A DNA stretch of 64,000 nucleotides from Vicugna vicugna. Lineage: Eukaryota. The position numbers and the translations under genes were made by a program. Positions within the stretch are counted from its first letter, which is position 1; each line of letters begins with the position of its first letter. The notes below the pieces were generated by a model. That model was not told where the DNA came from and ran no database searches. It worked only from the letters and a program-made list of their open reading frames with translations. Location of the stretch: positions 6,215,779 through 6,279,778 of the forward strand of contig MU058198.1 in NCBI GenBank assembly GCA_013265495.1, given 5' to 3'. Positions 14,528 through 26,580 of this stretch are shown here, piece after piece.

Positions 14528-16379
14528 GCCACTCACAAGAGCCCCATGACGTAGTATCTCAAGCTGTACCCATTTTACAGCTGAGGATACTGAGGCTTGG
14601 GGAAGGTAAGTGACTTGGCTAAGGTCCACAGATGGTGAAGGTCAGGATTAGGATCTGCTCCCAAGCTGTCTGATCCAAGAGGCCGCCCCTCTACCACCCC
14701 TCTGCTCTGCCCACAGTGCCCAGCAGTGCTCGTCCGCATGAGGCTGGAACTCAGACTGGTGGACTCCTAACCACAGAAACTCTGCCTTCCTGTCCAGGTG
14801 TCATTCTGGGAAGCTGGTCCTCAGAAGCCCCAACTGATAAGCTCCTGCAGCCAGTTCCTCCTCCCCGCACTAGGCCGGGAGACAGAGGCTGGCGCTGTCA
14901 TGCCTGGGAGCTGGCCTCCTCCCTGGTGGGGGGTGGGGACCAGAATCTTGACAAATGGCCTCGCACATATTAAACAAGAGAGATGACACAGGCCGGTCCT
15001 GGCAAGGCCCCAAATGCGAGGGATGAAAAATGGAGCTGATCATCTTGCGGGCCTCAGTGACAAGGAGAAATGGATCAGCCCTGTATAGGGGCTGCACATG
15101 GGGGCCCGGCCTTAAATAAGTCAAATGGGAATTGGGTGCCCCTGGGGAGGCCAGCCCCTGGCGGCTGAGGAGCAGGGGAGGAAGCCTGGCTTCTAGAGGA
15201 AGAAAGGTTCCCGTGGCCAATACCAGCGGGCTTGGCTGCAGACCAGGGTGGAGAACCAGGGGCTGCTGGAAAGAAAGGGCTGTGGAGGGAGGGGGTTCAG
15301 AATCCCAGGCAAGTGACCCAAACTTTCTGAGCCTCAGTATCTACATATGCAACACGGGGTAATTGTGGGTGTTAAATTTCATGTCAATAATGGTAATATT
15401 AGAAGAGTTGGTGTTCACTGAGTACTTACATGTGTCATGTGCTAAACACACATGAACTGTGTTACTATTACTCCATCATCTCGAAGAGGCAGAATATAGA
15501 GGTTGAAAGCTCCAGAGCCAGACTGCCTGCGTTCAAATCCCAGCTCTGCTGCTCCCAAACTGGGTTACCCTGGACAGGTTACTTAAGGTCTCTGTGCCTT
15601 AGTTTCCCCTCCATGAACTACCTACCCCACAGCGCTGTTGCAATAATGACACAGCAGTGGTTAATACATGCGAGAGGTTATTTTGCACGTGGTCAATACT
15701 CAAAAATGTCCGCTCCCTTCCTCTGTCTCTTTCTCTAGCTCAAGGTAACTACCAAGGTCAAGATCTCAGGAAGGGACTGCTGAGGGGTTGGGGGGAAGGG
15801 TGGGTAAAAAGGAGTCAGAGCCTTAGCCGGTTTCCCTGCCACTGTTCTACTTAAAGGGATCAGGGACTGTGTTGACAGGTCAAGGTCTCTTTAGCTTGAA
15901 GGAGGAGGAGCCAAGCAGTGAGTAGGAAGGGGTGGAAATGGAGCAGGAGTCCCTCCTGGTCTGAAATGAGGTCTGTCACAACCATAGCCCCTCCTGCTCC
16001 GTTCTGACCACCCTCCCCCAAAGATGCCCTCTCACCGCCAAGGCTTCGCAGCGGCCATTCCCCTGCCTAGCACACTATCTTATTCCCTCCTCCGCCAGTT
16101 TGCCTGACCAAAGTCTCCCCCAAGGACCCTCCCCAGGGGAAGCTGGGTCAGCGACCCCTTCTCTGTGCTTCCACGGCTATCTTTGACCACCCCCCACCCT
16201 GCCTACACCATAGTGTGGTTCAGAGCATAGCTTGTTCACTTGTCTTCAACACTGTCTCAGCCACTGCTGGACTCTCAGCACTGGCTGCCCCCAGATCACT
16301 GCTCACTCAGCAAATATGTGTTAAATGGCTGAGTGGATAAATGTCCCCCAGCCACCAGAACCAGACCCGGATGACCTGC

Positions 16380-17425
16380 GTAACAGACAACTACGGTCAC
16401 CGTGTTTCCAGCACGCATTCCTCCTTTTGATAACAGCTCACTCCACCCCCACCCCACCTCCAATTTCACACTAGAGGACCTTCCTCCGTCTCTCTGTCCA
16501 AGAGTTTGGACCACGTGACTCAGGCCAGACCAATTAGGCCAGTCCAGTCTCCTCAGGGTCTAAATCACTGGCCCCGGTATGGTCACATGACTTCAGCTAA
16601 TCCAGCAAAAGTCAAGGAGGGTTTGGGCTGCCAAGACTGGATCTCTGCTGGTGTTGCTACATTTGTAACACGTAAGCCTAGGCCTGGGCTTGGTGACCAC
16701 CTTTGCTACCACCTGGGAAAAAGCTGCTTGCGAATGAAGCCAACACTAAAAGGAATGAAGACAGAAATGGGGAGAGAATGACTGAGTTCTTGGTGAATTA
16801 TCTGACCACCTGGATCCAGCTGTGCCTGTAGCAGACATTGTGGTAATTCACCCAGCATCCATTCCACCCACTCGCCATGAGAGTTTTTGACTCATCCTTC
16901 GTTCCAGAGGAATGGACAGGCTGAGCCAATAAGCTCATGACATTCCTTCAGCCATGGTGATAATTCAGGAGGGAGAAAATGACCTCAGGCTCATCACAGG
17001 GAGGTTTGGGACTTTCACGAATGTTAAGGAAAGAGAAACTCTTTCTCCCCCTGTATGTGAAGGAAGAAGCACTGACCTCAAAGGAGCTTTCTCATCACTA
17101 GGAGGGAAGGCCACCCAGGGACAGAGTAAACATAGGGAGTAGCAATGCTCAGGTAACCAGAGACAGAATTTAGCCCTGATGACTGTGACTCTGGATCAAA
17201 CGTTCCCTGAAGCCCATGCCCAGCTGTGTTTTCCATTTACAGGAACCAGTGTACTTACTTATTGATTGGACTGAAGTGGGTGGGCTTTTCTGTTTTATAT
17301 ACATAAAAAAATATATATGTATAGCCCCGCTAGCTGACCCACCTGGATTTTTCAGTTACATGAATTAACCCTTTTGTTTATTTAAGCTCGGGATTCTATT
17401 ACAAGCCAAAGACTCCTGCCAGATC
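16380..17425 (+). mobile_element. Old MaLR LTRs (MLT1K/L-like), apparently one nested in another
   Basis: ggtcacatgac, aatgaagccaacac, cacctggatccagctgtgcctg and ggatttttcagttacatga. Confidence 0.6.
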
Positions 17426-17540
17426 CTGCCTTTCTTTTGCACGCCATGCTCTGAAGTGCTGACCCCTGCCCACTGTATTCAGAACCCTTCACTAGGACCT
17501 TGACAGCTTCCATCTCCACCTTCCAGAGCAGCCTCTAAGG

Positions 17541-17869
17541 CAGAGGTTGGCAAACTTTCTCTGTAGAGGGCCCGATAATAAATATTTGAGGCTTTGTGGG
17601 CCATTCAGTCTCTGTCATGACCACTCAGCTCTGCCACTGTAGCGTGAAAGCAGCTGTAGACAATATGTCAATGATGAGCTTGGCTATGTCCCAATAAAAC
17701 TTTATTTATGGACACTGAAATTTGAATTCCACGTAATTTTCACCTGTTACAAAATATTCTTCTTCTTTTGATTTATTGTTAAGCAATAAAAAAATGTAAA
17801 AACTACCCTTAGCTTGAGGGCTGCATAAAAACAGGTCACCACCCAGAGGCCACAGCAGGCCCACCTCAG
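17541..17869. mobile_element. MER58B-like (hAT-Charlie)
   Basis: End CAGAGGTTGGCAAAC and internal ccaataaaactttatttatggacactgaaatttgaatt. TSD-like ctctaagg / ctccaggg. Confidence 0.8.
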
Positions 17870-17996
17870 CTCCAGGGTCTCAAAGCATATTTGGACTCTG
17901 GACTATTCCCACCTTCCTCTGCTCTCCAACTGGGCTCAGCTGCTGAAGTCCCAGCACGCCTTGGGGCTCAGGTGTCTGAAGGCCAAAAGCCACTTA

Positions 17997-18164
<168 letters not shown>

Positions 18165-18328
18165 CTACGGGCCTGTTAGTGCTGGACCCCCAAGGAAGGG
18201 CAGTCAGCAGGACCAGGGTACAGAAGACCAGAGCGTGGTGGTTTTTTTAAGCTGGCCATGGAGTTTGAGTTTGAACCAGTGTAGCCCTGGAGAAATTTAA
18301 GCAAGGGAGACACAGAGTCAGATCTGTA

Positions 18329-18533
18329 TATGGATGGGCAAAGATTTTCAGTTAAGGACCAGATAAGTAAGTATTTTAGGCTCTCTGTGCAACTACTCAG
18401 CTCTACCATGGTAACGCACAGGAGCCACAGACAGTACATAAAAGGATGCACATGGCCGTGTGCCAATAAAACTTTATTTATAAAAGCAGGCGGGCTGGAT
18501 TTTAGCCCGTGGGCCATAGTTTGCTGAAACCTG
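18329..18533 (-). mobile_element. MER58A (hAT-Charlie)
   Basis: Contains ccaataaaactttatttataaaagcaggcgggctggattttagcccgtgggccatagtttgctgaaacctg. Confidence 0.8.
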
Positions 18534-18566
18534 TGTTAGAAGGTCATTTGGGAGAAGCTGCTTAGA

Positions 18567-18827
18567 GAGTGTTTTTCAAACTGCAGGTCTTGACTCACTA
18601 GACTAGTAAAGTCATGAAATCAACTTCATGGATTGCAACCAGAATTTAAAAAAACAAACCAAGAATGGAATGGAATGGAATGGAAATATCTGGTACCATT
18701 AAATGTATCAGGAACAAATACCGGTTTGTGAAACTTTTCATTTCTATAGATGTGCGTGTGTGTGCACGCAGCAACTGTAATATGAAACATTCTTCTGTGG
18801 CTCTTGTCTAAAAGCTTGGAACCCACT
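18567..18827 (+). mobile_element. MER103C-like (hAT-Charlie) with an internal (GGAAT)n tract
   Basis: gtgtttttcaaactgcaggtc...gtcatgaaatcaa...tgaaacttttcatttc...gaacccactg. Confidence 0.7.
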
Positions 18828-19310
18828 GGCTGGGGGAACTTCTGATTCCAAGGGATCTGAGGCGGAATACTTTCATACCATGTGTCCACCGTGTAGGCCC
18901 TAGGCAAGGGACTTCACTCCTCTGAGGCTCAAATCTTTCAACCCTAAGATGGGGATTCTGACAGGTATGGCAAAGAGTGATGGACATGAGGCAAGGCAGC
19001 CTCCAGGTCTGCTGCCTAGCAGGTATGCGATCGTTACAGTTACCAGGATTATTATAAACCTGGGGACCTTGCTCCATGTGGACTGTGGCATCTGGAGCCC
19101 TTGTGGGTGCCACAGTGTGTGGCCAACTGACATGGACCTGACTAAGATGGAGTGATACAGTATTGAGGAGGAGGAGGGAAAATGTAGATGACTGGAGAAA
19201 GAAACCAATCATGCATGTGCACCAACTGTGTACCAGGTACTCTGTCAGACTCTTTTATCTCCATTATTATCTCTTTTAACCTTCAGAACAACCTTCTGAA
19301 GTATGACGAT

Positions 19311-19448
19311 GTGGGCCATGCACCGTTGTTCAGGCTGCCCACTGCACAACTCCATCCATATGGCTCCATTCACATTATAGTCCATGTGCATGTCACTCCC
19401 CGGAGTTGAAGCAGAACCACATCTCTGAGGCTGTCTACGGTAGCCTTG
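19311..19448. mobile_element. MER91A-like palindromic MITE inserted into a MIR
   Basis: Self-complementary arms caactcc...cattcacat / atgtgcatg...ggagttg. Confidence 0.7.
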
Positions 19449-19778
19449 AATATGATTCTTCCCACCTCACAGGTGAGAAAATTGAGGCTCAGAGTGATAA
19501 AGTCTGTCCCAAGTCACAAAAAGAGTAGATGGCTTAGTTGTAACTGGGGCCCAGATCCAAATGCTCTCAAAGCCAGGGCTCTTCCCATGCTGCCTAGAAT
19601 GCACCTATCCTCCCCTTGTTGCCTCAATCACCCTTTCCCCTTGGAGACAAGAGAAGAGATGGAGACAAGGAGAGGAGGGGCAGAGATAAGAAAAGACAGA
19701 GGTAAAGAGGCAGAGTGAATCCTAAAACCCAGCCCTGGGGGCAGGAGTGAGGGTGAAGGGGGACATCCTGTGTTCCCA

Positions 19779-19988
19779 TAGTGTGAAGGTTAATGTTTAA
19801 CAACAGGCTCTCCGAGGGAGAGAAAAAATTTTAAAAGCTATGATTTATAGCATTTGAATTTCCATGCTGTAAATAATCCCACCGTGGCCAATTTCAAGCT
19901 ACCAATGTGACATCACTGAAAGCAGAGCAGAGGAGAGATGTGCAGAGTTGGGGCTCGTGAGCTGAGCCAGCAGGCTCTAGCACACCTG
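19779..19988. mobile_element. MER63-like (hAT-Blackjack)
   Basis: aatgtttaacaacaggctctcc...aatttccatgctgtaaataatcccaccgtggccaatttcaagctaccaatgtgacatcactgaa. Confidence 0.72.
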
Positions 19989-20399
19989 TCTCCCTCCAGT
20001 CACCTGACCCCAGGCCCCACGGAGACAGAGGACTCATAGCTGGTTGGGTGTGTCTCGGGGCTGGGGTCAGCCCCTCATGGACACTTCTCACTGCTCTCTG
20101 GTCTCAGATAAAGGCTGGGGGGAGGGGGAGCACTTAAGTCAGGAAATCCAAGGAGAGGGTGACCATGACAGGTGATGAGGTTCCCCGAGAACCCCCTAAA
20201 GGCTCAGCCTTCCCCAGGCCATTTCTGCCCATCCTTAGTGGTGCCCCAGCAGGTATGCCAGAAACCTCCTGGGTCCCCTCTGCCCTGGCTCAGCAGGTTA
20301 GAAGGAGGAGACAAGGGCTGAGACACATGAATATCTTATTTTTTGTTACTTGACACAATTCCTGGTGAACTTCCAAGAGGTACCTAACATATCTACCTA

Positions 20400-21285
20400 T
20401 TCTTTGGAATGGATGCATAAGATTCCTTGATAATGATATACCATATTTTATTTAGCCAATCAGTTGATAGTATTTAAATATCCATAAGCAATGCTGCTAT
20501 GAACACCCTTCTACAAGTCTCTGTGCAGACAAGCAAGGATTTCTTTCACGTGAACAGCAAGAGGTGTTGCCGGGTCATACGGTGTATGCATTTTAAATTT
20601 TGATCACTATCAGTGATCTGCTCTCCTGAAGAGTGGTACCACGTTATACTTCCGCCAGCTGTGTGAGGACTCACGCAAATCCTCACCAACACCTGATGTT
20701 ATAAGACGTTAAAAAGTTTTGCACATTGCATGGCAAAAAATGACACCCCCATATTGTTTTAAGTTTTATATTTCCCTCATTACTCATAAACTTGGGCATT
20801 TTTTACCTATTTATTAACCATTTCTATTTCTTCTTTGACTGTATCGTTTGTTAATTTCCTTAAAAAATTCTTTTTCCTTATCAACTGACAGAAATTCTTC
20901 ATGTATTCCGGGTACTAATCCTGTCTGTTGCATAGACTGCAAATAGTTTACAGCTTGTCTTTTCCATATACAGCACATCTTTTTTTTTTAAACTAATATC
21001 TTTTAATTTTTAGAGCTGTTTTAGGTTTACAGAAGAGTTGAGTGGGAAATACAGAGAGTTCTAGAGTTCCCATATGCCCCATCTCTCTGCCCCCAGAGTT
21101 TCCCGAATGATTAAGATTTTTCAATAGGGTGCACATTTGTTATAATTAATAAGCCAACAGTAATACATTATTATTAATTAAATGCATAGTTTACATTAAG
21201 GTTCACTCTGTGTGTTATACATTCTACAGATTTTGACAAATGCGTAGAGTGACATGTATCACAACCCTGCTGTCATAACTTCTTC
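20400..21285 (-). mobile_element. Old L1 fragments (L1ME-like, plus an L1MC-like 3' end at about 20980-21285)
   Basis: Motifs aatgctgctatgaaca, ttatacttccgccagc and ttttagagctgttttaggtttacagaa, typical of antisense L1M 3' ends. Confidence 0.72.
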
Positions 21286-22289
21286 AGTTTCTTTCTCACT
21301 AGGCCAGCAGATGCCCTCTGAGTTATTGCCCTGTCAGTGCCTAGGTTTTTCCATCTATAAAATGGGGACAATGGTAGACATGGGAAACTCCGGAGAGCAT
21401 CCACTAAAAAAGAAAAATATTTATGAGAACAATGACTCCTTATACTAGGACAGCAGGACATGACAATATTTTACTACAAAAACTGGACCCAGGAGCTGGA
21501 TCCAGACTGTTGGCAGAATAATTAATTTTCCAAATTGTTAGTTTAGAAAAGCATTAATTTCTCAACTGAATTCCATTTATTCCCAAATATGAAAGGTCCG
21601 TGCTTTAAGAAAATTCAATAAATGAAAATGACAAATCACTCAAAGATAGCTTGTTGATATTCTCTGATTACATTCTAAAGATTCTGCTTAAAAAATTGGA
21701 CCCGCAACAAAGTTTCTGAAAGCATGTTTGTCCTGCGAAGTGAGGTCCACCACCAGGAGCATCTGCTGTAAGACTCCTTGGCAGAAGCAATTGTTTCCAA
21801 CTCATTCTGAATTTAAAAGGGACTTTCTGCCGAGTTAAGGCACCTCTGAAATTAGCAGCAATGAGGCTTTCTGCGTGGCTACTGCTGCTTCCTGGCAAGG
21901 ACCCACACCAGGAAACTCACAGCTGTAAATCTCTCATCATGGGGTTTCTGGAATCTCCCACTCCTAACACCACAAATGGGATTCCCAGCCTGTGTGGTGA
22001 GGCAGGCACGGCTCCTCTCTGCCCCTGGGGGACCTTGGAAAGCACGGGTTGGTGGGGAAGGGGAGGATGCTGGCCGAAGGCTCGGAGCCGGGCTGGATGT
22101 GGTGCCACCAGAACCCAGAGCAAAAGGAGCTGCCCTGACTCTCAGCCCTGCCCTCTACTGGTCAGACTGAGGAAGTCGACATCTTTTGCCAAGTTCAAAG
22201 GGGCTAGCCTGGGGCCAGAGTTAAGAGACAAGGTCGAGAGGGTCAGAAGGTGAGCCCAGAGTAAAGCAGGGGTGAAGCAAGGAGAAAGA

Positions 22290-22536
22290 GAGGGTCCAGC
22301 TTCCAGCTCTGTCACTTACCAGCTGTGTGACTTTGGATAGATTACCTCACCTCTCTGTGCCTCAGTTTCCTCAACTGTGATATAGGGATTATATATTAAC
22401 TCTAACAGCACCTATCTCATAGATTGGTATGAGGATTAGGTGGTTTACACTGTAAAGTACTTAGAACAGTGCTTGACACACGATAAGCCCTACCTAAGTG
22501 TTTGCTGAATGAATGAATGAATGAATGAATGAATGA
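22290..22536 (+). mobile_element. MIR, followed by a (GAAT)n tract at about 22506-22536
   Basis: ccagctctgtcacttaccagctgtgtgacttt...ctctgtgcctcagtttcctc...gtaaagtacttagaacagtgc. Many further MIR and L2 fragments occur across the window and are not listed individually. Confidence 0.85.
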
Positions 22537-22819
22537 AAATGCCTAGGATTCTCTACACAGGTCTCCTGGACTGCATGATAGTCCAGGGACCAGGTTTGTT
22601 TTGCTCTCTACTGAATCCCTAGCACCAAGCCCAGGGCCTGGCACACAGTAAGTATTCCATCCGTGTTTGCTGAATGAATAGATGATTCATTCAATTCAAA
22701 GCTGATTGCAAGGTGCTTGGGGAGCTACGCTGGCTAGTATAAAGGTCTAGGGTCTGGGATACAGGAATGAGCCAGGACAAGGCTAGATCTGAAAACTCCG
22801 AAGAGCAAACTGTCTACGT

Positions 22820-23700
22820 ACAGACTCATCATTCATTTATTTATCGTTCATTTCTTCAATCAGCCAATGAGTATGCATCGATATTTTCCATATGCCACGC
22901 ATTTTTCATGGGGGCGTCAGGGGAACTGAAATGGACAGATGGACAATGCCTTGTTTTCAGGGGGTTTGAGGTTCTAGTGGAGCAACCCAAACAATAAGCA
23001 CATAGATGAACAAGAAAACAGGCAGTGAAAAGTGCTGTGATGAAAACAGAACAGGGCAAAAACGCCTGCAGCTCACTTCAGAGTGGCTGGTCAGGGAGGG
23101 CCTCGCTTAGGAGGTGACATTTAAGGAGGGGTTTGAACGGGGAGCTGGAGGTGGTCTCATGGACGTCTAGGTCTATTCAGACAGAGGGAGTGGCCACTGG
23201 GCAAAAGCTTGAAGGCAGCAGAGGCTGACCTGCAGGAGAAGGGAGAGAGGTCTCCAGCAGAGTGCGAAAGAGGAGGGGGCTTTGGAGACGATCAGGAAGG
23301 CGGGCAGGGGCCACAGTGAGGAGTTCTAGCCTAGCTGAGACACCAAGCAAGCAGTTGGTACTCAAGTTTGAGGCCCAGAGAACAGTCAGAGCTAGTGATT
23401 TAAATAATGTGTATGTTATTAGCATACAAATGTGTGCCTGGAAGAGACCACCTGGGGAAGAGATGTAGGGAGAGAAGAGAAGGGGCCTGGATGGAACCAA
23501 AGTCGACTGCTGGGCAGAGTAGGTGGGGCCAGCAGAAGAGGTTGAGGACAAGAGGCCCCGGCAGCAGGAGGAAACCGGAGTGCGGCATTGCCAAGGCCAC
23601 GTGAAGGACGCACATCAAGGAGGAGGAGGCAGTTTGTTACGTCAGAGATGAAGACAGAGTAGTGACCGCTGGGTTTGCCAACACGGGGGCCCTCGGGGAC
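22820..23700 (-). mobile_element. L2 fragments
   Basis: cattcatttatttatcgttcatt tail, gtcagggagggcctcgcttaggaggtgacatttaag and caagcaagcagttggta. Confidence 0.7.
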
Positions 23701-25739
23701 AGATGCTCCACTGGAACGGGCCGAGGAGATGGGGAGAGAAACAGCCAAACAATTACAGAGAAGACACCAAAACTTGCTTGCATGGAGAAGCAGAAAAAAT
23801 GGGGTGATAGCTGGAGAGGACCTGGGGTTCGGGGAGGGATCCTGGAGAGGGGAGACAGAGGATGGTCCTGTGCTTACCTAGAGTGCTAATGTAGATAGGG
23901 AGAGCCTGAGGGTGCAGAGAAGCCAGACAGCCATCGTAGAAGCATGAAGGAGAGAAGGTTCTGAAAGACAAAGGAGCTGGCTTTGGATGGGAGCTGGGAC
24001 ACCTGGCCCAAGGGAACGGGAAGAAGGGTGTGCGAGTGCAGATCCCAGCACTGGGGCTGCTCTGTCTCTCCCTCTCCACTAGGGCAGAGAGAGAGACAGC
24101 GGATGTGAGGAGGTTTAAGGAAGCAGGAGAAAGTGGGAAGTGGTCCTTTTGGAGCATGGGAAAGCGCAGACAAACCGCGGCAGTGTGTGTGACCGGCGGA
24201 GCCATGCCACCTGCCTGTGAGGCCTGTGTTCAGAAATTTAAAGGGAGACCAGGCAGCGTGGCTGTGGGATTCAGGTAGAGGAAGAGGAGTCAGCCTGGCA
24301 ATGCAGAGTGGTGCCTCCCAGGTCTGGAGGACACACAGGAGTGCCAAGCCATGATGCCCCTCACCCCGGGTAAGGATACACAGATGCCCAGCTGAGGTCG
24401 AGAATGCCTCTTGCATCTAGCCTGCCTCTCTTTTGCAGGGTTTGGATGTATTGTGCTAGTGGCATGCTCCATTTAATTGAGATATGAGGGAGGTAGTTGA
24501 CGAATTAATTTATAATTGAATTTATCATTAAAGATGCTGTCCAAGTTATTACTCAGAACACTCAGGGAGTGTTCGTGTCTAAACAAATATCCTTGTGAAT
24601 GTGGGCACTGATCTGGATTTGCCAACATCCCATGAATGTCATGTCAGGGAGTAAGACAGAGGGGCTGGTGGAGACCTCAAGGAAGCTGAAATCAGATGAG
24701 ATGGGGCAGGATGGCAGCAAAGGGAAACCCCCGTTAGGACAGCCTGACTTTTGGTTAATCTGTCATTGAGCATCTATTGAGCACCAGGCCATCTTCTAGC
24801 TGGGGGAAATATGACTGGGAATGAATGAGCTGGCTTCCAGTGCTCTCAGGGATGAGAAAGACAAAAACCTGGGACCACAATGTGGCAGGGCAGCCAACAG
24901 GGAAGGCCAGGCACCTGCAGGAACCCTAGCTGGACTCCTAGGGCAAGTTTGGGTGGGGAGGTCAGGAAAGGCGTCTGGAAGGGGTAACATTCAAGCTGAG
25001 AGTTGAAGGACCTGAGGGAGCAGGAGGGTGGACCAGGCAGTGGAAGCAGCTCCAGGAGAGCCCACAGGCAAGGTGGTTTGTGCAGCCATAATGGGCTGTT
25101 AGGTAGGGCACGTGGGTGGAGAGAGTGGCTGCTGCTGGAGGGGTAAACAAGACACCGCAGGAAAGTTTCCTGGGGAGTTTGGCTTTATCTCGAGGGCAAT
25201 GGGCAGGAAGTGCATAATTGTAAGTTAGGGGGCAAGGACCAGTCATGCCTTTTTTAAAGACCTCTCTTGCTGCTGGGTGGAGAACAGACTGGCAAAAGGT
25301 TGGGAGGCAGGGAGGCCAGGGAGGCGCAGCTGCAGCAAGAGAGGACGCGCAGCAAGAGAGGACGCACAGCAAGGCCAAGGACGCCGAGATTACGAGGTGG
25401 GCGGGTAGGTGGCTGGAGGGAGCCACGTTTGGCACAGCTGAGACGGATGGGTTCCCAGCAAAGCCCTGGGCACTGGAGAGCCCTGACTCAGGAATGGGGA
25501 CGGGACTGGGAGAGGCTGGTGGGACTGACCCAGTTAACATCAGCACGGAACATCCTCCAACAGAAAGAAAACTCCGAAGTCAAGGCTGGCATTTCATGAC
25601 ACCAAGCAGCTGGGGGCGGAGGGACAGAGAAATCCCTTATCCAGGTGTATCTAAAACATACAGAGGTTTGTCCCTGCAGAGACCAAAGGCTGACTCTCTC
25701 GTGCCCTTTGGCACAGCCAGGTTCACCTGCACTTAAATC

Positions 25740-26580
25740 CATCCCCAAGAAGCTGAGCGGGTGCTATGTTTAACACTTGCCCAGATCTATTTTTAAAGAA
25801 CAGGCTATTTTTAGACACTCTCCCAAGAACCAGCGGCCTCTCTTGGTAGCATATTTCAGGGTTTTAAAAGTTCCTCCTTACACATAACCTAAATCTTTCC
25901 AGCGCCAATTTAAGCTAATTTCTTGCTCTGCCCTCTGAGAACAAGATGGGGGTGAGCCGGTTGGCATCTTTCTGAGCGGAACCTTTCCGGGGCTTGGCAA
26001 TTACCGAGTCATCCCTCAGCTCTGTCTTCTCGGCACTAGATCATCCCAGTCACTCCACCCTTTCTTCAAAGGTCTCCTTTCAGGCCACTTGAGTCGTTGG
26101 CACCATTCCTGTTTGGATTCTGACCATTTCTTGATTTGCCTCTTAAAGTGAAGTGGCCCAAGTCTGACGTGGCATTTAATGAGGGATCTTCCCATGTCAA
26201 GGTTTATGGAAGCCCCAAACACTTGTCCACCAGGCTGCCTCCATCTCGCCCTGAGCCAATGAATGGGCTCAGAACCGCCCCCGCCCCGCCCACCGTGGGG
26301 GTCTAGAATGAGTCCGGAGGCCTCGCCCCCAGTTCTCGGTGAGCCTTTGGGTGGCCCAGGGCAATCTGGTGGCGGATGATGGGTTTTTTTCAATTTTAGG
26401 GCCAATGTCCCCACGCCCTGCTTCATTTGGGCAACTAGATGTAAGACCTCAATGGCCCCAGCTGTCGCAGAGGACTGACAAAGCAAGAATCAAACTCCTG
26501 GCTTTGGGGATTTCAAACACCTCCATGCAGGTGTTTGATGAAAAGGTTTCGAAGAATTTATGATCAAGCAGAGCCAGTTT
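25740..26580 (-). mobile_element. CR1/L3 LINE ORF2 fossil
   Basis: aaagttcctccttacacataacctaaatct and ccctcagctctgtcttctc are typical antisense L3. The peptide LGPLHFKRQIKKWSE resembles the CR1 WAPHFKKDIDKLE region. Confidence 0.65.

Noticed and set aside
15784..15804. Canonical G-quadruplex motif GGGGTTGGGGGGAAGGGTGGG
   Set aside because: The motif is real, but it is expected by chance in this G-run-rich region and has no supporting context.
26016..26486. 156-aa ORF with a faint reverse-transcriptase-family resemblance
   Set aside because: CR1/L3 fossil without intact catalytic motifs.
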